Source: Desulfobacterales bacterium
Lineage (GTDB): Bacteria; Desulfobacterota; Desulfobacteria; Desulfobacterales; UBA5852
Length of the DNA stretch: 64,000 bases
Direction of reading: 5' to 3'
Assembly: GCA_963674755.2 (NCBI GenBank)
Contig: CAXXVS010000002.1
Coordinates: 704,001 to 768,000, forward strand
Numbering within the stretch: position 1 is the first letter of the stretch; the number at the start of each line of letters is the position of its first letter. The notes under the pieces are model-generated. The model saw nothing but the letters and a program-made list of their open reading frames with translations. It searched no databases and was not told where the DNA came from. Both the position numbers and the translations under genes were made by a program. This document shows positions 7,554 through 18,103 of this stretch, one piece after another.

Positions 7554-7859
7554 TCAGAGCCTGAACCTCCGCTCCTCCAGCGGCTGTTCCTCATCATCAC
7601 GATTATACGAAAAGGCGATCTGGGGGGTGGTGCTCCTGAGCATCATGGTGCCGATTATCGCGAGCAGGATTCCGACAAGTAGGCCGGCAATAGAGGACCA
7701 CTTTTTCCTCTCAATAAGCCTGTGGGCATTGAAGCCTCCAAGGCTGCCGGATGCATGTAGGCCAAAATTTCTGGTAAAGGATTGCTCCTCAGCGATCAGA
7801 ACGTCGCCGGCGACTGCAAGCTTATGGTAGTTATTGACCCCTCCAGGAAAGCCAAGCAC
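7554..7859 (-). CDS. Small hypothetical membrane protein
   Basis: ORF with one TM helix, 11 nt downstream of the preceding ORF. Confidence 0.4.
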   Translation of the reverse strand: MLGFPGGVNNYHKLAVAGDVLIAEEQSFTRNFGLHASGSLGGFNAHRLIERKKWSSIAGLLVGILLAIIGTMMLRSTTPQIAFSYNRDDEEQPLEERRFRL

Positions 7860-7870
7860 ACCCAGGACGA

Positions 7871-8110
7871 TTACACGCTTCTGATCGCATTAAACTCCTT
7901 GCGAACGGTTTCATAGTCAACGGCACCGGACGGCAATTTAGAACCACAGGGTCTTAAAAGAGCTGACCAAAAGCTTTCCTTTACCGCATACGCGTAGGCA
8001 TCCAATCCCATACCTCCGAAGGGCCCCTTCGGGATGATTAAGGCTCTTTTCTTTCCAAGCATCTGTAGTATCTTATCGCCAATGCTGGGATCTGGGATTT
8101 TAATCGTCAA
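7871..8110 (-). CDS. Hypothetical protein (79 aa)
   Basis: ORF with AAGG SD, co-oriented with neighbours. Confidence 0.55.
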   Translation of the reverse strand: MTIKIPDPSIGDKILQMLGKKRALIIPKGPFGGMGLDAYAYAVKESFWSALLRPCGSKLPSGAVDYETVRKEFNAIRSV

Positions 8111-8174
8111 TTTACACGACCTTTTTTGAGGAGATATGTTAATTTATAGAAAGATTTGTTCATACCAAAATCAG

Positions 8175-9254
8175 TTATACGGCACCTGCGCTTAACTTCG
8201 CTGCTGTAACGCCTGTCTTGACGGCTGCTTTTGCTGCCTTTTTCGTTTGCTGACCAGCTATTTCGATGCTTTCTTTCACAAGCTCTTTATCGACATGCGT
8301 CTTTTTGAACATTGAGTTTGCAAAATTGCCGAAATCGTCAAAAAAACTTGCTGATTGAAATCCAATGCCAATGAATGCTGAAAATATGAAGGGATATGCC
8401 CGCCATCCGATTCTGATATCAATGGCATGCAACTTATAGATAAAAAGAATAAAAAATCCGATAAAGGCAAAACCGATAACTTCTTTTATACCAAGCCATA
8501 AAACTAATATTAAACCAAAAAATACAATTTCGGTTATTGTTTTTTCTATTTCACCGCGCCCAATAATATGCATCGAAATATAGGATAGGAGGGCGATATT
8601 CACGGCGGAAAAAATGATGTTTCTAAAATTCTTGGGAACCGGTAGATAACCACGGAAACATAAGGCTGAAAAGATTAATAACCCGCATACCATGTGGACG
8701 GTTTCAGGATAAACCCAATTCGTATATTCGCCTAAATGAATCAATCTGTTATCTATTAGATGGCTCGTCCATTGAGCTCCGAAAATACATGCCAAAGAGG
8801 TAAAAACAACCGCCAGAACTTGTCGCGCAATGGGGCTAACATCATCCTTACCCCATAAATATCCAAACTCTAAAAAGATATCTTTTATAAACCTTTTGGG
8901 ACTAAATTTAATATTTTTTAACTCTGATTCAGCTGCTAGATTAATGGCCTCCAGCATCGCCCCCTCAAAGTCCGGATCAATACCATGCGTTTCAGCGTAT
9001 GCATAAGCTAATTTCTTGGCTCTCTGGAGATTGGCCTTACTTTCAAATACCGAGATAATTCGACACACATCCTCATTTTCAGCGTTTTTCACAAAATTCT
9101 CATTGGTTTTGAGTTTAGTATGATTCAAATAGTCTAAAAGGCTATCCTTTTCATCCTGCGATATGTCGCCATCAGATGATGCGATTTTTATCATCAGTTT
9201 CAATGCCGCGATTTTTTCTTTCTGATTGAAATTTCTTGTCAGGGTCAAATTCAC
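8175..9254 (-). CDS. TerB-like domain fused to a multi-pass membrane domain
   Basis: LMIKIASSDGDISQDEK TerB-type motif, about 7 TM segments; AAGGAG SD before GTG 9254. Confidence 0.7.
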   Translation of the reverse strand: MNLTLTRNFNQKEKIAALKLMIKIASSDGDISQDEKDSLLDYLNHTKLKTNENFVKNAENEDVCRIISVFESKANLQRAKKLAYAYAETHGIDPDFEGAMLEAINLAAESELKNIKFSPKRFIKDIFLEFGYLWGKDDVSPIARQVLAVVFTSLACIFGAQWTSHLIDNRLIHLGEYTNWVYPETVHMVCGLLIFSALCFRGYLPVPKNFRNIIFSAVNIALLSYISMHIIGRGEIEKTITEIVFFGLILVLWLGIKEVIGFAFIGFFILFIYKLHAIDIRIGWRAYPFIFSAFIGIGFQSASFFDDFGNFANSMFKKTHVDKELVKESIEIAGQQTKKAAKAAVKTGVTAAKLSAGAV

Positions 9255-9384
9255 AATTATCTCCTTTGCATTTGCTTGCAAGTCCGCAGCTCTGAAAAGC
9301 TTCTGATTTCTTATCGTTATTCAATTTTCCGCAGCTAATTCTTTGCCAAAGAGGTTTTACCGATCCGGGGTGGCTTTACATCAA

Positions 9385-9646
9385 TTGGTTCCTTCATTTT
9401 CTTTCACGTGAAAGAAAACAGAAGCAAAAGAAAACGCCCGTGTCCCGCTTAATCCTGCGCGTCGTCGAGGTGGCCGGAGCGCGCGGAAACTCGCTTCGCT
9501 CAAACAGTCCGCGCGCTTTTATCCGGCCGCATCGCCGATGCTCGGCGCGGGACAAAGGGAAATTCAAAACCAAAACCTCAAAAACTGTTTTCAAGCCCCC
9601 TTCGAGGGGGTTTCCTGAGGCCTCCTGCTAAGCGGGAGGAGGCTCA
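9385..9646. repeat. Highly structured GC-rich REP/MITE-like intergenic element
   Basis: 22-bp perfect palindrome 9397-9418, nested long hairpin centred on aactcgcttcgctcaaac, two further hairpins 9594-9646. Confidence 0.7.
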
Positions 9647-9922
9647 TTTGTTCTAAATGAATGTGCCACAAATTGTCTGTATAGTTGACGGACTGCGTCA
9701 CATTGAAAACACGGCTAGAACGTTATCGTCCCGATCGCCCCTCTACATTATGTCCCTTTTCGCAGTTCACCGATATTTTTTCATCATCTCTTGCGACTTG
9801 TTGTAATCATATGGAAATACATGCTGATACTTCTCTATTCCCCCTCTATAAAGAAGAGGGGTCTTGCGGCTGTTGTGGCAAGGAGTGGATGCCATGGTGA
9901 TACTGGGATTGGGGAAGGTTGT

Positions 9923-12442
9923 TTAGGGGGTGAACAACACCTTTGCGGATAAGGCCGGATTCAGCAGTTCTTTGAGCAGGGTCTGCCGTTGGCTGGTGTC
10001 CTGATTTTTTACGGCCATGGCCAGGGCCTTCCGCGTCCCCACCAGGACAGCCAGCTTCCGGGCCCGGGTCAGCCCGGTATAGATCAGATTGCGGAACAGC
10101 ATTTTGAAATGCTGGGTCAGGACCGGCATGATGACGGCCTCGAATTCGCTCCCCTGGGATTTATGGATCGTGATGGCATAGGCCAGGTCGAGCTCGGGGA
10201 TGGCGTCGCGCGTGTAGTCCACGACCCGGCCGTCCGGGTAGAAGGCGACCGCCAGCGTCAGATTCTCGGTATCGATTGCGCGGATGGTGCCGATGTCGCC
10301 GTTGAACACGTTGAGGTCGTAGTTGTTCCGGCGGTGGATCACCCGGTCGCCCACCCGGAAAACCCGCTCGCCCACGGTCAGTTGATGTTTGCCCGCCTGG
10401 GCGGGATTGGCCGCTTCCTGGATCATCCTGTTCAAACTGATCGTCCCCAGACTGCCCCTGGTCATGGGGGAGAGAACCTGGATCTCGGTATTTTCACCGA
10501 AGTATTTGGGGATCCATTCCATATAGAGCTTTCGCACAATCTCCGATGCCGAAAGGCCGTAATGCAGCGATGACCAGGGATGGACCTTTTTCAGGACGGA
10601 GCGCAATTCCGCGACCTCGCCTTCGGCCTCGGCGACTTTTTCCAGGTCGACGTGCTGGAATTTCGGGGGGACGATCAATTCGGTTTCATAGGGCACGACC
10701 GCCTCATTGATTCGGAACTCGTAGAGGTTGGCGGCCGGGTCCGCCGCGGCATCCGGTTCAGGGGTCTGGAAATCATAGAACCGCTTGACCCGGGCGATGA
10801 AGTTGAGCTGTTCCTGGGTGGCTTCGTCCGAGTCCATGAACAGGCAGTCCAGTTGTTGCTGCCAGATTTCGGGCTTTTTGAAGGGCGAATCGATGAACGG
10901 CATCTCGCCTTTGTTGATCTGGTGGGCATACTTGATGATGAAGGATTCCTGGGCCTGCCGGAAAACCGTCTTGAGCTCGAAGCAGCGCACCGCGCCCGAG
11001 GCGATGATATCGCGCAGCACGTTGCCGGCCCCGACCGAGGGGAGCTGGTCCGCGTCGCCGATGAAAAGGATCTGGCTGGTCCGCGGAATGGCTTTCAACA
11101 GGGAGGCGGCCAGGTTGATGTCCAGCATGGAGCATTCGTCGATGATGACGAAATCCGCATCGAGGGGATGATCCTCGTTGCGTTTGAAACTGCCGATCTG
11201 CCACTCCAACATTCGATGGATGGTTTTGGCTTCTCTGCCGATGACATCCATCATGCGCTGGGCCGCCCGGCCGGTGGGGGCGGCCAGCAGGATTTTCTTC
11301 TGCATGGCCTCCAGCAATTTCACCAGCACCAGGGTGGCCGTGGTTTTCCCGCACCCCGGGCCACCGGTCAGCACGGCAAATTTTTGGGAGACGATGCCCC
11401 TGATGGCGTCCAATTGCTCCTCGCTCAGGGCAAATTGCTTGGATGCGCAGTAGCGCCCGAGCCAAGCCTCGACACGCGCATGGTCGACGTGCGGGGGATA
11501 ATCCGCATCGGAAACCCGCCTGGCGACGTACAGCTCATCGAAATAGAGGGATTTGGAATAGTAGCAGGTTTCGGCGGCACCGTCCGGAAGCGCCAATTCA
11601 CGGACCATGACAAGCCCGTCCTGCTGCATCTGGTCGAGATAGCCGGTGATCCGGTCATCGAGCCGCAATTCGAGCAGTTCATCGACCTGGGCGGTAATCT
11701 GGGCCTGCGTCAGGTAGCAGTGGCCGAACTCCCGGCTGGCGGCCAGGACGTGGTTGATGCCGGCCCTGATCCGCTGGGGGCTGTCGGTTCCGAGGCCCAG
11801 ACTGAGAGCCACCTTGTCCGCCGAAAAGAAGCCGATGCCGTAAAAATCCTGGGCCAGGCGGTAGGGATCCGCGTTGACGTTGGCAATGGCATCGTTCCCG
11901 TATTCCTTGTAGATCCTTACGGCGAAAAGGGTGCTGATGCCGTGGGACTGCAGGAACATCATCACGTTGCGGATGGCCCGGTGTTCGACCCAGGCCTCGC
12001 TGATCATGGTTAGTTTCTTCTGGGCAATCCCGGTAATCTCGGTCAAGCGTTCGATCTCGTTTTCAAACACGTCAAGGGTGTCGTGGCCGAAGTATTTGAC
12101 GATTTTCTTGGCGGTCTTGGGCCCCACCCCCTTGATGAGTCCGGACCCCAGGTATTTCTCCAATGCGGCGGTGGTGGCGGGTTTCTTTTCAACCGCCTTG
12201 ACGGCCTTGAACTGGCGGCCGAATTTGGGATGAACGGTCCATGCCCCGTGGAACTCCATGGTGGCCCCGGCAAAGACCTTGGTCTGGTGAACCGTGACGG
12301 TTTCTGTCTGGTGGGGGTTGCCGAAAGGGAAGACCCGCAGAACGGACCAGCCGTTATCCGGGTTGTGGTAGGTGACCCGGTCCACGATGCCGGTAAGGGA
12401 TTCGACGATCGCCGCGGGCCGATGTATGGGCGGTTTCATCAT
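9923..12442 (-). CDS. recD2: RecD2 (RecD/TraA family SF1B) helicase
   Basis: N-terminal OB and HhH (GLIKGVGPKTA), GGPGCGKT, DECSM, GDADQLPSVG, AYAITIHKSQGSE, YTGLTRA. Confidence 0.95.
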   Translation of the reverse strand: MMKPPIHRPAAIVESLTGIVDRVTYHNPDNGWSVLRVFPFGNPHQTETVTVHQTKVFAGATMEFHGAWTVHPKFGRQFKAVKAVEKKPATTAALEKYLGSGLIKGVGPKTAKKIVKYFGHDTLDVFENEIERLTEITGIAQKKLTMISEAWVEHRAIRNVMMFLQSHGISTLFAVRIYKEYGNDAIANVNADPYRLAQDFYGIGFFSADKVALSLGLGTDSPQRIRAGINHVLAASREFGHCYLTQAQITAQVDELLELRLDDRITGYLDQMQQDGLVMVRELALPDGAAETCYYSKSLYFDELYVARRVSDADYPPHVDHARVEAWLGRYCASKQFALSEEQLDAIRGIVSQKFAVLTGGPGCGKTTATLVLVKLLEAMQKKILLAAPTGRAAQRMMDVIGREAKTIHRMLEWQIGSFKRNEDHPLDADFVIIDECSMLDINLAASLLKAIPRTSQILFIGDADQLPSVGAGNVLRDIIASGAVRCFELKTVFRQAQESFIIKYAHQINKGEMPFIDSPFKKPEIWQQQLDCLFMDSDEATQEQLNFIARVKRFYDFQTPEPDAAADPAANLYEFRINEAVVPYETELIVPPKFQHVDLEKVAEAEGEVAELRSVLKKVHPWSSLHYGLSASEIVRKLYMEWIPKYFGENTEIQVLSPMTRGSLGTISLNRMIQEAANPAQAGKHQLTVGERVFRVGDRVIHRRNNYDLNVFNGDIGTIRAIDTENLTLAVAFYPDGRVVDYTRDAIPELDLAYAITIHKSQGSEFEAVIMPVLTQHFKMLFRNLIYTGLTRARKLAVLVGTRKALAMAVKNQDTSQRQTLLKELLNPALSAKVLFTP

Positions 12443-12719
12443 TTTGGACGGTTATCGATAGCCTCTGAAGATTGGGGGATCGTACCATTTCCGTTTTCCT
12501 TGTCAATAAACCCGACAGGGAATCCCGACACGGCCGCCTGATCGATCGGATGGGATTGGTTATCAATAGTGCCGGTTGGCGTTGACAACCAAACCACAAT
12601 CGGCTTACTGGAATTTTCATCCCATCACCATTGCAGCGGTTTCCGCTGCGGCCTTTCCGATACCACGATCACCGCAGATCACGTTTCATGGGCCCACAGC
12701 GGAGGAAGGAGGTCGGCCA

Positions 12720-13694
12720 ATGAAGGTATTTGTCACAGGAGGTACCGGTTTCATTGGTAGGAACACGATTGCACGCCTTGTTGGAGCCGGGCACCAATGC
12801 CTGTGCCTGATTCGAAACCCTCAAAAACAAGCCTTGCTGAAGGATCTTGGTGTCCGATTCGCAAAAGGGGACGTCACGGACAAGCAATCCCTGAACGAGG
12901 CGATGAAAGGATGCGATGCCGTCATCAATTTGGCCAACCTCTATTCGCTCTGGGAAGCGGATACTTCCATTTACACAAAGATAAACGTCGATGGTACCCG
13001 GAACGTAATGGAGGCGGCACTGCAAGCGCAAATTCAAAAGGTCGTGCATGTGAGCTCAATCGTCACCTGGGGGCGGTCGCCCGACGTCCCCTTTAACGAA
13101 GACAGCCCCGCCGGAGAGCTTCCAACCGACTATGCGCGGACCAAATATGCGGGGGACCAGGTGGCCTGGGAGCTATTTGAAAACGAGGGATTGCCCCTGG
13201 TGATGATTTACCCCAGCGCTGTCATGGGGGCCGGCGATACCAAAGCAACCGGCAATCACATCAATTTGCTGATCAACAGGAAAATGCCCTTGCGGGCACT
13301 GGAATCGGCGGTATTCACCTTCGTGCATGTCGATGATGTCGCTGAGGCAATCGTTCGTGCCTTGGACAAAGAAGGCAACATCGGCGAAAAATACATCGTC
13401 GGTAAAGAACAATGCACGTATGGGGAAATCAATCGGTGGGTAAGCGAGCTATCGGGCGTTCCGCTGCCGTTCCTATCCATTCCTGACGTTATCGTTAAAT
13501 GGAACGCCTTCTTTCTCACGGCTTTGGCCAATCTAACCAAACGCCCACCCCTATGGGGATTGTCGGCGGAAATGGTCAGAAGCTCTTTGACGCCGCTAAG
13601 AGCCGATGGGACCAAGGCCGAAAGGGAATTAGGCCTATCTTACAAACCCGTTCGGCAAGCGATTGAGGAGTGCATTGCGTCTTTACGGCAATGA
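12720..13694 (+). CDS. NAD-dependent epimerase/dehydratase (extended SDR, HpnA/DFR-like)
   Basis: MKVFVTGGTGFIG, YARTK; AGGAGG SD. Confidence 0.92.
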   Translation: MKVFVTGGTGFIGRNTIARLVGAGHQCLCLIRNPQKQALLKDLGVRFAKGDVTDKQSLNEAMKGCDAVINLANLYSLWEADTSIYTKINVDGTRNVMEAALQAQIQKVVHVSSIVTWGRSPDVPFNEDSPAGELPTDYARTKYAGDQVAWELFENEGLPLVMIYPSAVMGAGDTKATGNHINLLINRKMPLRALESAVFTFVHVDDVAEAIVRALDKEGNIGEKYIVGKEQCTYGEINRWVSELSGVPLPFLSIPDVIVKWNAFFLTALANLTKRPPLWGLSAEMVRSSLTPLRADGTKAERELGLSYKPVRQAIEECIASLRQ

Positions 13695-13712
13695 GATTGT
13701 GAGGGGATACGG

Positions 13713-14198
13713 ATGAAAATCGGAAACAAACGAAAGCGCCGGCTGACCGAATTCACCATAAGGGAATACGGGATCAACGGCGTCCTGCTCACCATCCTCT
13801 TCCTGCTCGGGCTGTTCCTGAGTTGGAAGCTGTCCTGGTTCGCCGGACTGCTCTATCTGGTGTTCTGGGCGGCTTCCTATGCCGTCCTTTACGCGGTGAC
13901 ATGCCGGAACTGCACAAACTATGGGAAATCGTGCCCGGTGCCTTTCGAGGGTAGTTGCGTGCAGCGTTTCTTCGGCCGGGGGGAAAAATTTGGATTTATG
14001 GCGGGGTTAGGGGCGGTATCGGCCTACTTTCTCAGAGTGTGCATTCCCTATGCAGCCATATTCCTGATGGGATCGATGCTTGACTTCATACTTTACACCG
14101 GACTATTCGCGGGATTCTTTTACGTCCTGCTGTATCACACGGGATGCCCGAACTGTGTAAATGTCCGCTGCCCGTTCAACCCGGATTTCGGTACCTGA
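13713..14198 (+). CDS. 4-TM membrane protein with two Cys clusters
   Basis: CRNCTNYGKSC..C and CPNCVNVRCPFN. Confidence 0.75.
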   Translation: MKIGNKRKRRLTEFTIREYGINGVLLTILFLLGLFLSWKLSWFAGLLYLVFWAASYAVLYAVTCRNCTNYGKSCPVPFEGSCVQRFFGRGEKFGFMAGLGAVSAYFLRVCIPYAAIFLMGSMLDFILYTGLFAGFFYVLLYHTGCPNCVNVRCPFNPDFGT

Positions 14199-14238
14199 CA
14201 GACGGATTCGTTGCCCGGCCTAGCGTCCGTGAAGCACG

Positions 14239-14601
14239 TCAGCCGCCGGCCATTTTCACGGTGAATCCCTGCCGGGTCAGTTCCGTCTTGACCGTTTCCC
14301 GGTGGTCCCCCTGAATGATAATGATGCCGTCTTTGCAGGAACCTCCGGTCCCGCATCGGTTTTTCAGATCTGAGGCGATCATCTTGAGGACGGTATCCTT
14401 CTCCTGGAATCCCGAGATGGTCGTCACGGTTTTTCCCTTGCGGCCCTTTGATTCGCGCCTGATACGGATGATGCCGTCGGACGCCTTGCCGGGCGCCGGT
14501 TTCGTTGGCTTCCTTTGGCACACACATTTGGATTGCGGCCGGCCGCACTTCGGGCACATGCGTCCTGTCTCGGTCGAATAGACCAGCGTCGATTCGTTCA
14601 T
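14239..14601 (-). CDS. yciH: SUI1-family translation factor
   Basis: LVYSTETG, RRESKGRKGKTVT, CGTGGSCKDG, IQGDHRE. Confidence 0.95.
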   Translation of the reverse strand: MNESTLVYSTETGRMCPKCGRPQSKCVCQRKPTKPAPGKASDGIIRIRRESKGRKGKTVTTISGFQEKDTVLKMIASDLKNRCGTGGSCKDGIIIIQGDHRETVKTELTRQGFTVKMAGG

Positions 14602-14828
14602 TCATCAAATCCTTAAGCAACAAGTTCGATCGGAGAATAACACTATTACACCGACGGGAATTAAAGCCCAAGAACGCACTGTAACATAATAAGGCGGGTA
14701 TTTGTGCTGATTTCGAATCCCCTTCAATTGCAGGGAGGGCCATCGCATGAACAGGCCAATGGGTTGGTGCGGCACGCAGGCCGACGGCAGGCTTGCCTTA
14801 CCCGCCAAATGATATTAAAACATAAGGC

Positions 14829-15266
14829 ATGCCCATCGAGTTCCGCTACATTGAAGAATTGGGATGCCTGCACGCCATCGGACAGGGGCGGTTGTCGCTG
14901 AAGGATTTCCTAGACTATCACTGCGCCGTCGATATTGCCAACCCGCCTTCCGAGCTCTTGATCCTTTCCGACTACCGCGCGACGGACCCTTCCGGCCTTT
15001 CGTCGTCGGATATCGAGAAGATCCGCACCAATGCCATCGGCCACACGGAATACAAATATCAATCCGTCAAAGAAGCCATCGTGGTTTCCGAAGCCCTTGC
15101 CTATGGCCTTTCACGCATGTATGACGGGGTGGTGTATTCGGAAAAATATGCCCTCAGCGTGTTCACCGATATCGATGCCGCCAAGGAATGGCTGGGACTG
15201 GAAACGGATGCACTGTCGGAGAACCGCGCTGCTTCTCCGGAGAGACCGACCGCCCAGACCCCCTGA
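14829..15266 (+). CDS. Hypothetical STAS/SpoIIAA-like protein
   Basis: AYGLSRMY..VFTDIDAAKEWLG C-terminal pattern. Confidence 0.7.
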   Translation: MPIEFRYIEELGCLHAIGQGRLSLKDFLDYHCAVDIANPPSELLILSDYRATDPSGLSSSDIEKIRTNAIGHTEYKYQSVKEAIVVSEALAYGLSRMYDGVVYSEKYALSVFTDIDAAKEWLGLETDALSENRAASPERPTAQTP

Positions 15267-15474
15267 AAACGATCCAAATCCCCGCCGACCTTTGCTCCGA
15301 TCAAATCGCCGCGCGCCGTCGCTTCCGGTTGCCTTTCAAAACTTCCCTGTGCTATAGAGCCATCCATTGGCAAAGGCCTTTCCAGCCTGACCTGATGTGC
15401 CCTCAACATCCCTGTATCATTATCTTTCCCGGCTGATCCAATCGGCCAACAACTCTCAGCAACGGAGGACCCTC

Positions 15475-15978
15475 ATGGATTCGAAGCGGTGGCGGAACAA
15501 TGTGGCAGGTTATCTCATCCTGGCAGTCCTGGTCATGACCCTGGCGGCCTGCTCGAGCATGAATGCGACATCCAGCGGATCAGGAGCGGATAGTGCGGCC
15601 CAAACGTCCTCCCCCACGCTCTACCGCGACTTTGACGACATTCTGCTGCCCAGCGAAATGAAAGTCGATTCCAAACGAACCTATATCGTCCAGGGTTCCG
15701 GCATGACCACGGGCATCCTGACCGTCAAAGGCTGGGTGGACCGCACGTCGCTGATGGATTTTTTCAAGAGTGCCATGGCGCGCGAAAAGTGGCAGGAGCT
15801 GGCCTCCTTCAAGTCGCCCTCGGCCGACACCAGCTCGATTATGGTGTTCCAGAAAGCCGGCCGTACGACCGTGATCAGTATCAGCGAAGGCTGGATCTAC
15901 ACCTATGCCGAAATTGCCGTGGCGCCTTCGGCCAGGGGGATCGGCAGCGGGTTGCTCCGGGATGGCGAAGCCCAATAG
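15475..15978 (+). CDS. Lipoprotein
   Basis: Lipobox LAAC; GGAGG SD. Confidence 0.85.
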   Translation: MDSKRWRNNVAGYLILAVLVMTLAACSSMNATSSGSGADSAAQTSSPTLYRDFDDILLPSEMKVDSKRTYIVQGSGMTTGILTVKGWVDRTSLMDFFKSAMAREKWQELASFKSPSADTSSIMVFQKAGRTTVISISEGWIYTYAEIAVAPSARGIGSGLLRDGEAQ

Positions 15979-16094
15979 CCGGCCCACCTCCGCGAGATAC
16001 CGGGAATAGGAACAGATTGATGCGCAACGGTGGCTTCCGTTGCGGGTCGTGACAGTTTGGCCGTCAGCCGCGCATGGCAATCCAAAGGAGCGCT

Positions 16095-17297
16095 ATGGAG
16101 CCCTTATTCAATGATAAAAACGTGACCCTGGGCGTGACCGGGGGGATTGCGGCCTATAAAAGCGTCGAGTTGCTGCGCCTGCTGTCCAAAGCCGGGGCCA
16201 GGGTGCGGGTGATCATGACGGAAAACGCGCGCTGGTTCGTGGGGCCGGGCACGTTTCAGGCCCTTTCCGGGCAGCCGGTCTGCACCAGTGTGTTTGCCGA
16301 GGGGGATGCCGCCATCCGGCACATCGAATGGGCCCAGGCCACCGACCTGGCGGTGATCGCGCCGGCCACGGCCAACTGCGTCGCCAAACTGGCCAACGGC
16401 ATTGCCGACGATGCCTTGTCGACCTATATGCTGGCCGTCACGGCGCCGGTGGTGGTGTGCCCGGCCATGAACACCAACATGTTCCAGCACCCCGCCACCC
16501 AGCGCAATCTGGCCCGCCTGCAGGAGTACGGCCATATCCTGATCGACCCGGACGCCGGCCAACTGGCCTGCGGCACGGTGGGGCCCGGGCGCCTGCCCGA
16601 GCCGGCCTTCATCATGGAAAAACTGGCGGCCGTCATGGCGCCCAAGGATTTGGCGGGCCTGACCGTCCTCGTCACGGCCGGCCCCACCCGGGAATCCATC
16701 GATCCGGTGCGCTTTATCAGCAACCCGTCCTCCGGCAAGATGGGGTTTGCCGTGGCCCGGGCGGCCTGCCAGCGCGGGGCCAGGGTCCACCTGGTGAGCG
16801 GACCGGTGGGGTTGCCGGATCCGATGGATGTGGCCGTGCACCGGGTCACGTCCGCCCGGGAGATGTATGACCGGGTCCTGGAACTGCTGGAGAAGGCCGA
16901 CGTCGTCATCAAGACCGCGGCGGTTTCCGACTACCGTCCCGTTGCACCGGAAGAGCACAAAATCAAAAAGAACGCCGAGCGCCTCACGCTGGAGCTGGAA
17001 AAGACCCGCGACATCCTGCGAACCATCGGCGAGCGTAAAGGACCGCGCCTGGTGGTGGGGTTTGCCGCGGAAACCCGCGATCTGAAACAAAACGCCGTCC
17101 AGAAGCTGCAGGCCAAGCACCTGGATCTCATCGTCGGCAACGTCATCGGGGCGCCGGGCACCGGTTTTGCCGGCGATACCAACCAGGTGACGTTCTTTTA
17201 CCCGGACGGGTCCACGGAAGCCATGGCGCTGATGGCCAAGGAAGACCTGGCCCATTGCCTGCTGGATCGCGTCGCTTCCCTGATGAAGAAAGGATGA
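16095..17297 (+). CDS. coaBC: Phosphopantothenoylcysteine decarboxylase/synthetase
   Basis: [43 protein letters not shown]. Confidence 0.97.
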   Translation: MEPLFNDKNVTLGVTGGIAAYKSVELLRLLSKAGARVRVIMTENARWFVGPGTFQALSGQPVCTSVFAEGDAAIRHIEWAQATDLAVIAPATANCVAKLANGIADDALSTYMLAVTAPVVVCPAMNTNMFQHPATQRNLARLQEYGHILIDPDAGQLACGTVGPGRLPEPAFIMEKLAAVMAPKDLAGLTVLVTAGPTRESIDPVRFISNPSSGKMGFAVARAACQRGARVHLVSGPVGLPDPMDVAVHRVTSAREMYDRVLELLEKADVVIKTAAVSDYRPVAPEEHKIKKNAERLTLELEKTRDILRTIGERKGPRLVVGFAAETRDLKQNAVQKLQAKHLDLIVGNVIGAPGTGFAGDTNQVTFFYPDGSTEAMALMAKEDLAHCLLDRVASLMKKG

Positions 17298-17398
17298 ACC
17301 ATAAGAGGACCGCGCTTGCGGGCAGGCTCGCCATGCCTTGGGCGGCGCCTGACATGAACACCGATGCCGCCGCAGCGGCCTGTATGCGATGATACGCC

Positions 17399-18103
17399 AT
17401 GGAAACCGCCCCCCCCGATATCCTGTCCGTCATGGACGACATCCTGCATACCTTGCGTGCCTGCCGGCAAGACGGCCTGAGCGGCTACGACTGTTCGGAG
17501 CAGGCCCGCGACGTACTGGCGGCCTGGCATCTGCCCCTGACCAAGCCGGTGGAGAGCCTCGATACCATCCGGAAAGATCTGGGGAACTGCGAGCGTTGCA
17601 GCCTATGCCGCATGCGCCATCATATCGTCTTCGGAGCCGGCGATCCCAAAGCCCGTCTGGTATTTGTGGGCGAAGGCCCGGGAAAGGATGAAGATCTCCA
17701 GGGGGAGCCCTTCGTGGGGGCGGCCGGCGAATTGCTCACGCGCATCATCCAGGCCATTCATCTTACCCGCGACGAGGTTTATATCTGCAATATCGTGAAA
17801 TGCCGGCCCCCGGGAAACCGCAATCCCCAGCCGGAAGAGGTGGATGCCTGCCGGCCCTTTCTGCAGCGCCAGCTGGAGGCCATCAAGCCGGACTTCATCG
17901 TGGCGCTGGGCAAAGTCGCCGCCCAAACCCTGCTGGGGACCGACCAGACCATCTCCCGCTTGCGGGGACGGTTTCACGACTATCACGGTATGCGTTTGCT
18001 GCCGACCTATCATCCGGCCTATCTGCTGCGCAACCCGGAGAAGAAGCGCGACGTATGGGAAGACATGAAAATGCTTATGAGGGAATTCGGCCATGCGATT
18101 TAG
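17399..18103 (+). CDS. Uracil-DNA glycosylase family 4 (Fe-S)
   Basis: CxxCxL, GEGPG, KCRPPGNR, YHPAYLLRNP. Confidence 0.95.
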   Translation: METAPPDILSVMDDILHTLRACRQDGLSGYDCSEQARDVLAAWHLPLTKPVESLDTIRKDLGNCERCSLCRMRHHIVFGAGDPKARLVFVGEGPGKDEDLQGEPFVGAAGELLTRIIQAIHLTRDEVYICNIVKCRPPGNRNPQPEEVDACRPFLQRQLEAIKPDFIVALGKVAAQTLLGTDQTISRLRGRFHDYHGMRLLPTYHPAYLLRNPEKKRDVWEDMKMLMREFGHAI

